Below are positions 17,818 to 27,267 of a stretch of 64,000 nt of DNA, piece after piece. The position numbers and the translations under genes were made by a program. The stretch lies in contig JAFYDK010000094.1 in the NCBI GenBank assembly GCA_017544805.1, forward strand, positions 14,966-78,965, read 5' to 3'. The stretch's first letter is position 1. The number at the start of each line of letters is the position of its first letter. Source of the DNA: Bacteroidales bacterium. Lineage in GTDB: Bacteria > Bacteroidota > Bacteroidia > Bacteroidales > UBA3824. The notes under the pieces are model-generated. The model did not search any database. It was given only the letters and a program-made list of their open reading frames with translations, and had not been told where the DNA came from.

Positions 17818-19686
17818 TTATTTCAATAATTTAATACCGTCTTTATTGTTGCAATCGATTCTGGGAAAAACACTTATACCCTTTTTTACAGACTCTTTGT
17901 CCATTCTCTGATAAATAAAATCGTAAAGTATTTTCATATCAAGAGTTATACGGTTTTTACCAAAAGTCTGCATAGCCGTCAAAAGATAATGAGTAAACAT
18001 TCCGTGCGAAGTTGCCTCCACGACGGGATTGTACTGCTGACCGCCTGAGGCATAAAGCAAACACGTAGAATTGTCGCTGACAACCGGAAAATGCGCATTA
18101 CTCCAAACCGTTCCGCCTTTGTTCACAAAACTATTTCCAAAACGGTCAAGACCGGCAAAAGTAGTTTCAAACATACAAATCAAAGTTCTGGGTTCCAAGG
18201 CTTTAATATCTTTTATCATATCCAAAAGACTATAACCCGTATTTTGCGGAGAACCGGACTCGGATTCAAACATCATTAAATAAGGTGTAGTCTTGGCATT
18301 CGGACACATACCCAAGCCAGAAAAATAAACGATAATATTTTCAGCTCCCGTCAAAACCTTGCTATGAAGTTCGCCCGCCATAGAGAACACACTTTTCAAA
18401 CGCTGAAGATTTGCATTTTGATTCGTTAGATAAATAATATTTTGTCTTGGAACATTTATAACTTTCACCAAATAATTATAAACCGCTTTCGCATCATTGT
18501 TAGCATAAACGGCTTTGGGTAAATTCAAATAGTTTTCGATACCGATAACAACGGCACAAACATTCCGCGCATTGTTGAGCGTTATCGGGAAAAACGAGTT
18601 AATATCCTGAGAATTATCCTCACGGAGATTAATCGTAAAAGATATTTTTCCGGCCTCATCACGATTAATCGGGGGAATCAGAGAATTTGTCGGCACGTTG
18701 AAAGTAATGCTCTCCCCTAACCTATCTTTGTCGTCGGTAATGTCGATTTTGAATTTTATGTTTTCCAGATTACAAGCCTGACTCACTTTGAAGGTCAATT
18801 CCAAAACTTGCGACTGATAACGCTCTATATTATTCAAAATCAGATATTTATTGGGGCTAATAATTTTAACATAATCGCTGATTGCATAAAACACAGCCCG
18901 TAAATTTGCACATTGTCCATAACTTTGATTTCTTAGCGTTATAGCCAATTTAACCGTTTCACCGGGCTGAATACGGCAATCACCGTTACCGAAAACATCG
19001 GAGTTAATTCCCGTATTATCATCAATTTCGTAAGATGCAACCCTGAGTTTTGCCTTGTAATCGGGCAAAATTTCATAATTTTTAGTACCATAAATTCCGA
19101 AGTTATAAACCTCCGCTTTTTGTTTTCCGTAAAGAATTACGCCCGCATTATCACCGAAATATTTTTCAACAGGTAAATGCGTGATATACTTTCCGTTAAT
19201 AAAAAACATCAATTCGCCTTCCGAATATTGAACACGGAATTTATTTGTTTTACCTTTTGGATAAATCGCTTTTGAGGCTGTCGGATAAACCAAATATTCG
19301 CCTTGAGAGCCTTGTGTTTTTTTTCGGATATAATATTTACCTTCGTTAGTGATGACAAAAGAAAAGAAACCGCCCGAACCTTTGCCCCAAACGATTCCAA
19401 TACCGTTGTTGTTATCACCGGAAATAATTTTAGCCTCCGTTTCAATAAAATAATTCGTTCCCAAATAAAGTTTTGTAGGAATATCGAAAGTCTTTGAACC
19501 GACAGACTGAAAATGTTCAATATAATAAATGCCACCGTTTACGCTCGCCGAATAGACTTTTGTAATGTCTTCAGGCCAGCCAGCGTAGTTTGAAATAAAA
19601 GTCTCATTAATAACTGTTTCCTTAACTTGCGCAAAAGAAACACTACAAAATATTAACGATATTATGAGTGGCAAACATTTGAACAT
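17818..19686 (-). CDS. secreted multidomain protein: jelly-roll-like N-domain + CARDB-like sandwich + caspase-like (peptidase C14 fold) domain with apparently substituted catalytic residues
   Basis: Signal peptide MFKCLPLIISLIFCSVSFAQ. The C14-like core is VCAVVIGIENYLNLPKAVYANNDAKAVYNYL...IIVYFSGLGM...RTLICMFETTFAG. The usual SGHG His position reads Leu and no (D/Q)xC(H/R)SG Cys motif is evident. Confidence 0.5.
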   Translation of the reverse strand: MFKCLPLIISLIFCSVSFAQVKETVINETFISNYAGWPEDITKVYSASVNGGIYYIEHFQSVGSKTFDIPTKLYLGTNYFIETEAKIISGDNNNGIGIVWGKGSGGFFSFVITNEGKYYIRKKTQGSQGEYLVYPTASKAIYPKGKTNKFRVQYSEGELMFFINGKYITHLPVEKYFGDNAGVILYGKQKAEVYNFGIYGTKNYEILPDYKAKLRVASYEIDDNTGINSDVFGNGDCRIQPGETVKLAITLRNQSYGQCANLRAVFYAISDYVKIISPNKYLILNNIERYQSQVLELTFKVSQACNLENIKFKIDITDDKDRLGESITFNVPTNSLIPPINRDEAGKISFTINLREDNSQDINSFFPITLNNARNVCAVVIGIENYLNLPKAVYANNDAKAVYNYLVKVINVPRQNIIYLTNQNANLQRLKSVFSMAGELHSKVLTGAENIIVYFSGLGMCPNAKTTPYLMMFESESGSPQNTGYSLLDMIKDIKALEPRTLICMFETTFAGLDRFGNSFVNKGGTVWSNAHFPVVSDNSTCLLYASGGQQYNPVVEATSHGMFTHYLLTAMQTFGKNRITLDMKILYDFIYQRMDKESVKKGISVFPRIDCNNKDGIKLLK

Positions 19687-19698
19687 ATATTTCTTGGG

Positions 19699-20016
19699 TT
19701 AAACAAATTTAGTTATAAGCGTTACTACCAAAAGCAAAAAAATAACGGCTATCATACCTTTGCAAGTTTGGTAATAATTGTGTTTTGAAAAGAAATAAAA
19801 AATTATCGGAACAGGCAACGCACATACAGCAATAATTTGCATAAGTGTTTTAAAATTAAGCCTTTGAGTTATTAAATCCGTCAAAGGTATAGTCGGATAA
19901 AATTTTATGTACCAATAAAATAAGAAAATTACGACAGGAACTACAAGAGCGATAGCCACACCTGTCAAAATTGTATTATAACCTTTCGTTTTTTGATTTC
20001 TACTATGAATTTCCAT
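19699..20016 (-). CDS. small integral membrane protein (3 predicted TM helices), unknown function
   Basis: 105 aa with three hydrophobic stretches. It lies 12 nt upstream of the caspase-like gene on the same strand. Confidence 0.5.
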   Translation of the reverse strand: MEIHSRNQKTKGYNTILTGVAIALVVPVVIFLFYWYIKFYPTIPLTDLITQRLNFKTLMQIIAVCALPVPIIFYFFSKHNYYQTCKGMIAVIFLLLVVTLITKFV

Positions 20017-20040
20017 GATTTTTAATTAGATCTTCCGCTG

Positions 20041-20048
20041 CAAAAATA
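20041..20048 (-). promoter_or_regulatory. candidate -7 box TATTTTTG for the 20016-15480 operon
   Basis: Plus-strand CAAAAATA equals minus-strand TATTTTTG (TAnnTTTG), 25 nt upstream of ATG 20016. No exact -33 TTTG is present. Confidence 0.3.
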
Positions 20049-20055
20049 ACAAAAA

Positions 20056-20160
20056 AATTACGAATTACGAAATACGTAACCCGTAATTTTCATTTTTTCA
20101 ATTCACAATTTTTAATTTTTAATTTTCAATTTTCAATTATGAATTATGAATTATGAATTA
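20056..20160 (-). repeat. 7-bp periodic tandem array (AATTnnn)n starting in the ilvD stop codon
   Basis: Read on the minus (gene-sense) strand from TAA: T AATTCAT AATTCAT AATTCAT AATTGAA AATTGAA AATTAAA AATTAAA AATTGTG AATTGAA ... GTAATTC GTAATT. On the plus strand AATT recurs every 7 nt from 20100 to 20156. Confidence 0.85.
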
Positions 20161-21978
20161 AAGTTCCCTTACTGCGCCCTTGTCAGCACTTGAGGCATGA
20201 GCGGCGTAAAGTTGTAATGCGCGTGAAACTTTTCTGTCGCGTTTTGGTTTGTAACCTTGAGGATCGGCATCCATTTTTTTGCGACGGTCTTCCAACTCCT
20301 GATCAGAGATTTTAAGATTTACGCTACGGTTCAAGATATCAAATTCGATAATATCACCGTCTTGAATCAACGCAAATTCGCCGTGAGAAGCCGCCTCAGG
20401 GCTAACGTGTCCCACAGAAAGGCCTGAAGTTCCGCCCGAAAATCTTCCGTCAGTAATCAAAGCGCATTTGTCGCCTAAATGTTTTGATTTAAGATAAGAG
20501 GTCGGATAAAGCATTTCTTGCATTCCGGGTCCGCCTTTTGGACCTTCATATTTGATGACAACAACATCACCGGCTTTTACTTTGTCGCCAAGAATTGCTT
20601 CAACGGCTTGATCTTGAGAATCATAAACTTTTGCCGTACCAGAGAATTTAAATATTTTTTCACTAACACCGGCCGTCTTAACAACGCAACCGTCTTTGGC
20701 AATGTTTCCGAACAAAACAGCAATACCGCCGTCTTTTGTATAAGCATGATTTAAATCGCGGATACAACCTTTTTCTCTGTCAGTATCAAGACTTTCCCAA
20801 CGGGTATCTTGAGAACCGACTTTCAAAAGTCCGATTTTACCGCTTGCTGCTGAAGTGTAAATATCTTTAACTTCTTCAGGCACAGGATTTTGAAGAATTG
20901 AATATTTTTCAACGGCCTCGCCTAATGTCAATCCGTCAATTCTCTTGCAAGTTAAATCCAAAAGTCCGGCTTTTGCAAGTTCGCCCATAATGTTAAGAAC
21001 GCCGCCTGCACGGTTAACCTCTTCGATGTGATAATCGTGAGTATTAGGCGCAACCTTGCAAATACATGATACTCTGCGTGATAACTCGTCAATATCTTTC
21101 ATCTTGAAATCAACACCTGCCTCACGAGCCACTGCCAAAAGGTGAAGAACGGTATTCGTTGAACCGCCCATCGCAATATCCAAAGCCATTGAATTAAGGA
21201 ACGCCGGTTTTGTAGCAATACTTAACGGCAACATTGAACTATCGTTGTCGTTATAATATTTGTATGCGAGTTCTACAATGCGTTTTCCTGCTTTTTCAAA
21301 AAGTTTTACACGGTTTTTGTGAGTTGCAACAATAGTTCCGTTACCCGGCAAAGAAAGTCCTAAAGCCTCTGTTAAACAGTTCATTGAATTAGCGGTGAAC
21401 ATTCCTGAACAACTACCGCAAGTAGGACAAGCGATTTTTTCAACTTTTGAAAGTTCCTCTTCCGAAACGCCGTTATCGCCGCCCATAATCATAGCATCGA
21501 TAAGGTCGATTTTACCGTTTTTGTAACGTCCAGCCTCCATAGGTCCGCCTGAAACAAAAACCGTCGGAATGTTAAGACGCATTGCCGCCATAAGCATACC
21601 GGGAGTGATTTTATCACAGTTAGAAATGCAGACCAAAGCATCGGCTTTGTGAGCCTGACACATATATTCAACACTATCAGCGATAATCTCGCGCGAGGGA
21701 AGAGAATACAACATTCCGTCATGTCCCATTGCGATACCATCGTCAATAGCAATAGTATTGAACTCAGCTGCAAAACAACCGAGGTCTTCAACAGTTTTCT
21801 TTACGATTTTTGAACACTCGTCCAAATGAACGTGTCCGGGAACAAACTGCGTAAAAGAGTTTGCAATAGCGATAATCGGTTTGCCGAAATTGTTTTCTTT
21901 CATTCCGTTAGCACGCCACAAGCCGCGTGCAGCCGCCATCAAACGACCGGAAGTATTAACTTTGCTTTTTAAATCCAT
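20158..21978 (-). CDS. ilvD: dihydroxy-acid dehydratase
   Basis: Full-length IlvD/Edd family match by eye ([39 protein letters not shown]). Start moved to ATG 21978 (MDLKSK). The ORF-track TTG at 22014 sits inside the putative -7 box. Confidence 0.9.
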   Translation of the reverse strand: MDLKSKVNTSGRLMAAARGLWRANGMKENNFGKPIIAIANSFTQFVPGHVHLDECSKIVKKTVEDLGCFAAEFNTIAIDDGIAMGHDGMLYSLPSREIIADSVEYMCQAHKADALVCISNCDKITPGMLMAAMRLNIPTVFVSGGPMEAGRYKNGKIDLIDAMIMGGDNGVSEEELSKVEKIACPTCGSCSGMFTANSMNCLTEALGLSLPGNGTIVATHKNRVKLFEKAGKRIVELAYKYYNDNDSSMLPLSIATKPAFLNSMALDIAMGGSTNTVLHLLAVAREAGVDFKMKDIDELSRRVSCICKVAPNTHDYHIEEVNRAGGVLNIMGELAKAGLLDLTCKRIDGLTLGEAVEKYSILQNPVPEEVKDIYTSAASGKIGLLKVGSQDTRWESLDTDREKGCIRDLNHAYTKDGGIAVLFGNIAKDGCVVKTAGVSEKIFKFSGTAKVYDSQDQAVEAILGDKVKAGDVVVIKYEGPKGGPGMQEMLYPTSYLKSKHLGDKCALITDGRFSGGTSGLSVGHVSPEAASHGEFALIQDGDIIEFDILNRSVNLKISDQELEDRRKKMDADPQGYKPKRDRKVSRALQLYAAHASSADKGAVREL

Positions 21979-22011
21979 GATATTTTTTGATGTTTGTTTT
22001 TTCTTACGGTG

Positions 22012-22019
22012 CAAAGTTA
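22012..22019 (-). promoter_or_regulatory. candidate -7 box TAACTTTG upstream of ilvD
   Basis: Plus-strand CAAAGTTA equals minus-strand TAACTTTG, ~34 nt upstream of ATG 21978. Confidence 0.3.
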
Positions 22020-22096
22020 AAAAAAATACTCTATCTTGACCAACATTAAATTTATTTTATTTTAATAAAATTATTAATTCTCACAAAGTTTTTTTA

Positions 22097-22104
22097 TACC
22101 TTTG
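22097..22104 (+). promoter_or_regulatory. candidate -7 box TACCTTTG upstream of the PAP2 gene
   Basis: TAnnTTTG match 41 nt upstream of ATG 22145, in the divergent ilvD/PAP2 intergenic region. Confidence 0.3.
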
Positions 22105-22144
22105 CGCCGATTTTTTTAACAACAAACAAAACAATTAATTAATC

Positions 22145-22834
22145 ATGAGATTTATCTTCACAATCCTAATCCTTTTGTATGTAGGTGCAAGTTCTGCACA
22201 AAATTTTAACAGCAAAGATTCGTTATTTTCCAACAAAAAAGAATATCAGTTTTCGTATAAAAGATTGATTTTACCGGTATCACTAATGGCAGTCGGCGCA
22301 ATAGCATACAATTGTCCAGAAGGGAAACCTAACACATTCAACCGACCCGCAAGATATTTATTCTACGAGAAAATGAGTGGTTCTCACGTTCATTTTGACG
22401 ATGTTTTTCAATACGCCCCTGCTGTCGCATATTTGTGTATAGGCGGAAAAGAAAAATTTACGGACAGACTTTTGAAAACAGCTACGGCAGGTATTATTTG
22501 TTGGGCGATAGTAACACCGATAAAAGAAACTGCAGGAGAAAGACGTCCTGATATGTCCGCTACCAATTCGTTTCCTTCAGGACATACAGCAACAGCGTTT
22601 ATGGGAGCAGAATTAATAAGGCTGACTCACGGAAAAGCATTGTCAATTCCGGCATACTTGGCAGCTGCAACGGTGGGTTGTTTCAGAATCCACAATAACA
22701 GACATTGGTTCAACGACTTAGTTGCAGGAGCAGGAATCGGCATATTGTCAGCAAGAATATCACATTGGCTTCTACCGATAGAAAAACGCGTTTTTTCTAA
22801 AAAAGACAAAAAAAGTTCAATAAAAGAATTTTAA
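22145..22834 (+). CDS. PAP2-family (acid/lipid) phosphatase
   Basis: Signal peptide or TM segment, plus the PAP2 motifs ..ERRPD.., PSGHTATAF and RIHNNRHWFNDLVAG. Confidence 0.8.
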   Translation: MRFIFTILILLYVGASSAQNFNSKDSLFSNKKEYQFSYKRLILPVSLMAVGAIAYNCPEGKPNTFNRPARYLFYEKMSGSHVHFDDVFQYAPAVAYLCIGGKEKFTDRLLKTATAGIICWAIVTPIKETAGERRPDMSATNSFPSGHTATAFMGAELIRLTHGKALSIPAYLAAATVGCFRIHNNRHWFNDLVAGAGIGILSARISHWLLPIEKRVFSKKDKKSSIKEF

Positions 22835-22840
22835 TTTTTC

Positions 22841-23293
22841 TCACCTTTTTTTAGCGAAAAACGACTTCATTAAATCAGCACATTCTTCTTCTAAAACGCC
22901 AGAAACGACTTTTGTTTTAGGATGAAGAAGCGAAAGATTTTGGCTTAAAACGCAGTTTTCATATTTTTGAAAGCCGCGTTTTATGTCTTTTGCGCCGTAC
23001 ACAATCCGCCCGATTTGAGCCCAAGACAATGCACCGGCACACATAACGCAAGGTTCAATAGTAACATAAAGCGTTGCCTGAGGAAGATATTTTCCGCCTT
23101 GAGAACTTGCCATGGTTAGAGCCTGCATTTCGGCGTGCGAAGTAACGTCATTTAACCGCTCGGTCATATTATGCGCACGGGCTACAATTTTTCCATTAAC
23201 GACAATCACCGCCCCGATTGGAACTTCATCTTCGTCAAAGGCCTTCAAGGCTTCGTCCAAAGCCGCTTTCATAAATTTTTCGTCATCAGTCAT
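22841..23293 (-). CDS. tadA: tRNA-specific adenosine deaminase
   Basis: CDA zinc motifs HAEMQAL and PCVMCAGAL. Start moved to ATG 23293 (MTDDEKFMKAALDEA), which removes the overlap with the neighbouring gene. Confidence 0.85.
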   Translation of the reverse strand: MTDDEKFMKAALDEALKAFDEDEVPIGAVIVVNGKIVARAHNMTERLNDVTSHAEMQALTMASSQGGKYLPQATLYVTIEPCVMCAGALSWAQIGRIVYGAKDIKRGFQKYENCVLSQNLSLLHPKTKVVSGVLEEECADLMKSFFAKKR

Positions 23294-23330
23294 GATAAAA
23301 AAATGTTGGTTAATTTTAGTGGGGAAAAAA

Positions 23331-24893
23331 TTATTTCTCAACTTTCCAATCTGTTATTGTCCTGACGTTGTTTTCCGTTGAAACATTTACGCCGATTTTA
23401 ACAACTTCTCTGCCGTCGTACTTGTACGGAATAGAATAGTTTTTGGAATTGATTTGCGCTAACGCATCATCCGCAGAGCCGTCTACTTTGAGTTCAAGTA
23501 CAAAGATGTTTTTTTCGTTTTTGATAACAACATCAGTGCGTCCAACGGCAGTATTAACCTCAACCTCAGTATAAAATCCGAGCCATGTAAACATCACGTA
23601 AAGAATTGTCTGAAAATGCTTTTCTTCCTTATTGTTGAGAATATTTGGAATGTCAGACAAAAAATCTTTTAAGTACATGAACGCCTCATCAATTTGTCCG
23701 GATTTCAGAGCGGCATAAAATTGCTGCATTGAAATTTTTCCAGAAGAAATACTTCTCGGAAAATAATATTTCATCATATTCGACATCATACCCACACGGA
23801 CTTCGTTGTTAGGATAGTCCAAAACGTATGTATTCCATTGCGGGTCAAAACTTTTGATTGTCAAATAGCCCGCCTGATAAAGAATTGGCCAAAGGCTGTC
23901 GTAATCTTCGGGCGAAACGTCGAAGTCGTCGGCAAACAATGTCTTTGGAGCAAGTCGCCTAATATCGGCATTGTGACGTTTCAAATGGTCGATAATGTAC
24001 GACGATGTTGCCGTACCAAACCAATGATTATTGAGTTTTCCCTCGGCAAAGGCATTCAAAATGCTTGTAGGATTAAACATTGCGGGCGAATTTTCGCTAA
24101 AATGGTAACAATCGTATTGATATATCAATTGTTCCATCATTTTTTCGTAAGTGCAGTTGTGTTTTTCTGCCAAAACTTCGATGTCATCTTTAAAATAACT
24201 TTGAAGTTCTTCGTGAGTTATACCGCAAATGTCGGAAAACTTATCCCACATCGAAATTTTTTCAAGGTTGTTGATAGTAGAAAATATCGAAACCTGCGAA
24301 AATTTTGATATGCCAGTTAAAAAAACAAAACGTTCGTCTTTTTCCAACACTTTCAGTTGCTGATAAACGTTTTGTAATATAGATTTAACTTCTTTCAAAT
24401 TACCATCATACAGATGTGCATTGAGCGGAGCATCGTATTCGTCGATAAGTACAACAACATTTTTACCAGTCTGAGCTTTGGCAGTTCTGATAAGCCTATT
24501 GAATCTTGCACCGTTGCTTGCTTCTTTGTCTATTGGAATAGAATATTTATTTTCGTAATCTTCCAATTGAAGGCTTATTGCCTTGGGCATATCGGCAATT
24601 TTTTCGTCTTTCACTGCCGACATATCAAGTTGAATAACAGGATATTGTATCCAATCTTTTTCCAAATCGAAAATTTTCAAACCCTTGAAAAGTTCTTTTT
24701 TCCCCTCGAAATATGCGTGTAATGTATTCACCAACAACGATTTGCCAAAACGCCGTGGACGTGAAAGAAACACGAACTTACGACAGCCAATCATTTCGTA
24801 CATACGCTCGGTCTTGTCAACATAGAGAAAACCCTCGTTGATTATAGACTCAAAATCAGCCCTGCCTGTTGGATATTTATGCGGTGTTGCCAT
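23331..24893 (-). CDS. AAA-ATPase_like N-domain + PD-(D/E)XK (PDDEXK_9-like) C-domain protein
   Basis: 520 aa. The N-terminus KYPTGRADFESIINEGFLYVDKTERMYEMI...FLSRPRRFGKSLLVNTLHAYFEGKKELF is the typical signature of the Bacteroides 'predicted AAA-ATPase' family. The C-terminus GRTDVVIKNEKNIFVLELKVDGSADDALAQI is restriction-endonuclease-like. Confidence 0.75.
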   Translation of the reverse strand: MATPHKYPTGRADFESIINEGFLYVDKTERMYEMIGCRKFVFLSRPRRFGKSLLVNTLHAYFEGKKELFKGLKIFDLEKDWIQYPVIQLDMSAVKDEKIADMPKAISLQLEDYENKYSIPIDKEASNGARFNRLIRTAKAQTGKNVVVLIDEYDAPLNAHLYDGNLKEVKSILQNVYQQLKVLEKDERFVFLTGISKFSQVSIFSTINNLEKISMWDKFSDICGITHEELQSYFKDDIEVLAEKHNCTYEKMMEQLIYQYDCYHFSENSPAMFNPTSILNAFAEGKLNNHWFGTATSSYIIDHLKRHNADIRRLAPKTLFADDFDVSPEDYDSLWPILYQAGYLTIKSFDPQWNTYVLDYPNNEVRVGMMSNMMKYYFPRSISSGKISMQQFYAALKSGQIDEAFMYLKDFLSDIPNILNNKEEKHFQTILYVMFTWLGFYTEVEVNTAVGRTDVVIKNEKNIFVLELKVDGSADDALAQINSKNYSIPYKYDGREVVKIGVNVSTENNVRTITDWKVEK

Positions 24894-24918
24894 GATTTTT
24901 TACTCTTTTATTAGTTGG

Positions 24919-24949
24919 CAAATATAAAAAATCTATACGAATTTTCAAA
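24919..24949 (-). promoter_or_regulatory. Bacteroidota-type promoter TTTG-N19-TATATTTG for the AAA-ATPase_like gene
   Basis: Plus-strand CAAATATA (24919-24926) and CAAA (24946-24949) give minus-strand TTTG-N19-TATATTTG. The -7 box ends 25 nt upstream of ATG 24893. Confidence 0.5.
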
Positions 24950-25133
24950 AACAAAATTTTTTTCTTCATACTTTTCATTGGATTTTCTATAATACCCGCT
25001 AACGGGTATCAAAGTGAAATAATCACAACCCATCAAAAAAATTACTCGTTTAACTTTCAGCGCAAAAAAAATTATTTTTTTCAGAATATTAGAAAATTAA
25101 TTCAGTTACATCGTTTTATTCCAAAAAAATTTG

Positions 25134-25141
25134 TAATTTTG
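25134..25141 (+). promoter_or_regulatory. candidate -7 box TAATTTTG upstream of aspS
   Basis: TAnnTTTG match 37 nt upstream of ATG 25178. There is no exact -33 element. Confidence 0.3.
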
Positions 25142-25177
25142 GGGTCGGAAAATTTTGTTAAAAACATACAGTAAAAA

Positions 25178-26935
25178 ATGTACAGAACACATAACTGCGG
25201 CGAACTAAGAGCCGCTGACATCAACAAAACAGTTACTCTCTGCGGCTGGGTGCAGAAAGTAAGAAACCTCGGCGGAATGACTTTCGTCGATTTAAGAGAC
25301 CGCTACGGTATCACACAACTTGTTTTCAATACCGAAACTAACGCTGAACTTTGCGAAAAAGCAAGAAAACTCGGTAGAGAATTTGTCATTCAAGCTATCG
25401 GCGTTGTTACTGAACGTTCAAGCAAAAACAAAGACATTCCGACCGGCGAAATCGAAATCACCGTCAATGAACTCAATATCCTTAACAAAAGTGAAATTCC
25501 GCCTTTCACTATCGAAGACAACACTGACGGCGGCGAAGACCTTTTGATGAAATACAGATATTTGGACATAAGAAGAAGACCAATTATAAAAGGTCTTCAA
25601 CTTAGAAACAAAATGTCGTTTGAAGTCCGCAGATTCTTGGACGGACACTCTTTTATGGAAGTTGAAACTCCGATGTTAATAAAATCAACTCCTGAAGGCG
25701 CAAGAGATTATGTTGTACCCTCAAGAATTCACCACGGAGAGTTTTACGCTTTGCCTCAAAGCCCTCAACAATACAAACAACTTTTGATGGTTGCCGGAAT
25801 CGACCGTTACTATCAAATCGTTAAATGTTTCAGGGACGAGGATTTACGCGCTGACCGTCAGCCGGAGTTCACGCAAATCGACTGCGAAATGTCATTCGTA
25901 GAACAAGAAGACGTACTTCAAGTTTTTGAAGGTTTGGCAAAACATCTTTTCAAAACCGTCAGAGGCATTGATATGAATTATCAATTCCCGCGCATGGTTT
26001 GGAAAGACGCTATGGAGCAATACGGTTCTGACAAACCAGATATTCGTTTCGGCATGAAGATTCACAACATCACAGACGATGTTAAAGGTCATAATTTCAA
26101 GATTTTTGACGAGGCTGAATACGTTTGCGCTATTGCTGTCGGCGGTTGTGCTAATTATTCACGCAAGCAAACTGACGAACTCACCGAATGGGTAAAACGT
26201 CCGCAAGTCGGCGCAAAAGGTCTTGTTTATATTAAATACAACGAAGACGGAACAATTAAATCGTCAGTTGATAAATTCTATTCGCACGAAGAACTCACCG
26301 AAATCGCTAAAAAATCAGGTGCAGGAACAGGCGATTTAGTTTTAATCCTTTGCGGCAAAAAACTTCCTGTTCTAAACCAAATGGGTGTTCTTCGTATCGA
26401 AATGGGTAACCGCTTGGGACTCAGAGATAAAAACATTTTTGCACCGCTTTGGGTTGTTGATTTTCCGCTTTTTGAGTGGGACGAGGCAACACAAAGATTT
26501 TACGCAATGCACCACCCGTTTACTTCACCCAAAAAAGAGGATTATGACATCTTGGAAACAAATCCGGGCGAGGCAAGGGCTAACGCTTACGACCTTGTAA
26601 TCAACGGTGTAGAAATCGGTGGCGGTTCAATCAGAATACATGATTCGGCACTTCAAGTAAGAATGTTCAAACTCTTGGGCTTTACTGAAGAAAAGGCTCA
26701 GGCTCAGTTTTCGTGTCTTATTAACGCTTTCAAATACGGTGCACCTCCTCACGGTGGTTTGGCTTTCGGTCTTGACCGTTGGGCTGCGTTAATGAACGGT
26801 TCTGATTCGATAAAAGACGTTATCGCATTCCCGAAAAACAATGCCGCAAGGGATATTATGATTGACGCTCCGTCTAAAATTTCTGACGAACAATTAGACG
26901 AATTGTCACTAATTATAAAACCCGAAAAACAATAA
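25178..26935 (+). CDS. aspS: aspartate--tRNA ligase
   Basis: 585 aa with an OB anticodon-binding N-domain and class II motifs ([34 protein letters not shown]). Confidence 0.95.
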   Translation: MYRTHNCGELRAADINKTVTLCGWVQKVRNLGGMTFVDLRDRYGITQLVFNTETNAELCEKARKLGREFVIQAIGVVTERSSKNKDIPTGEIEITVNELNILNKSEIPPFTIEDNTDGGEDLLMKYRYLDIRRRPIIKGLQLRNKMSFEVRRFLDGHSFMEVETPMLIKSTPEGARDYVVPSRIHHGEFYALPQSPQQYKQLLMVAGIDRYYQIVKCFRDEDLRADRQPEFTQIDCEMSFVEQEDVLQVFEGLAKHLFKTVRGIDMNYQFPRMVWKDAMEQYGSDKPDIRFGMKIHNITDDVKGHNFKIFDEAEYVCAIAVGGCANYSRKQTDELTEWVKRPQVGAKGLVYIKYNEDGTIKSSVDKFYSHEELTEIAKKSGAGTGDLVLILCGKKLPVLNQMGVLRIEMGNRLGLRDKNIFAPLWVVDFPLFEWDEATQRFYAMHHPFTSPKKEDYDILETNPGEARANAYDLVINGVEIGGGSIRIHDSALQVRMFKLLGFTEEKAQAQFSCLINAFKYGAPPHGGLAFGLDRWAALMNGSDSIKDVIAFPKNNAARDIMIDAPSKISDEQLDELSLIIKPEKQ

Positions 26936-27267
26936 TGAACGACACAAAAAACATAATTAACCGGATGTTACAAGCATGTAAAAATATCATGTTTGTAACA
27001 GCCGATTATAATATGTACGGAGAAATTAAAAAAACTGAAGAAGTTTTTGATAATATCCGTACTAATGTTATTGTTATAATCGAATGTTTCATAATGCTCG
27101 ACGAAAGTACCAAAAATATTTTGCAATCTAACGTCGAGATAAAACAATACACGGATTTTTCAAGCATGGAATACAGTTTTGCTGCACTAAAAGATATATT
27201 TGAATTTGCCAAAAAAACAATTCCCATGCACAAAACCGTTTTAGAAAAAGTACTGCAAAATTTATGA
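26935..27267 (+). CDS. hypothetical small helical protein
   Basis: 110 aa. Its ATG overlaps the aspS stop (TAATG) and its stop overlaps the next ATG (ATGA). I recognise no motif. Confidence 0.4.
   Translation: MNDTKNIINRMLQACKNIMFVTADYNMYGEIKKTEEVFDNIRTNVIVIIECFIMLDESTKNILQSNVEIKQYTDFSSMEYSFAALKDIFEFAKKTIPMHKTVLEKVLQNL

Noticed and set aside
15480-19686. Reading the patatin lipase plus caspase-like protein as a CBASS-like or abortive-infection defence effector pair.
   Set aside because: Both proteins have N-terminal signal peptides, and the lipase carries a barrel-like C-terminus, so they are envelope proteins. No cyclase, sensor or other defence partner is adjacent.
24991-25008. The small perfect hairpin ATACCCG-ctaa-CGGGTAT in the aspS upstream region, as a possible terminator or riboswitch stem.
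   Set aside because: The stem is only 7 bp and no U-run follows on either strand. It lies upstream of the candidate aspS promoter and downstream of no gene end. That is not enough evidence for any call.
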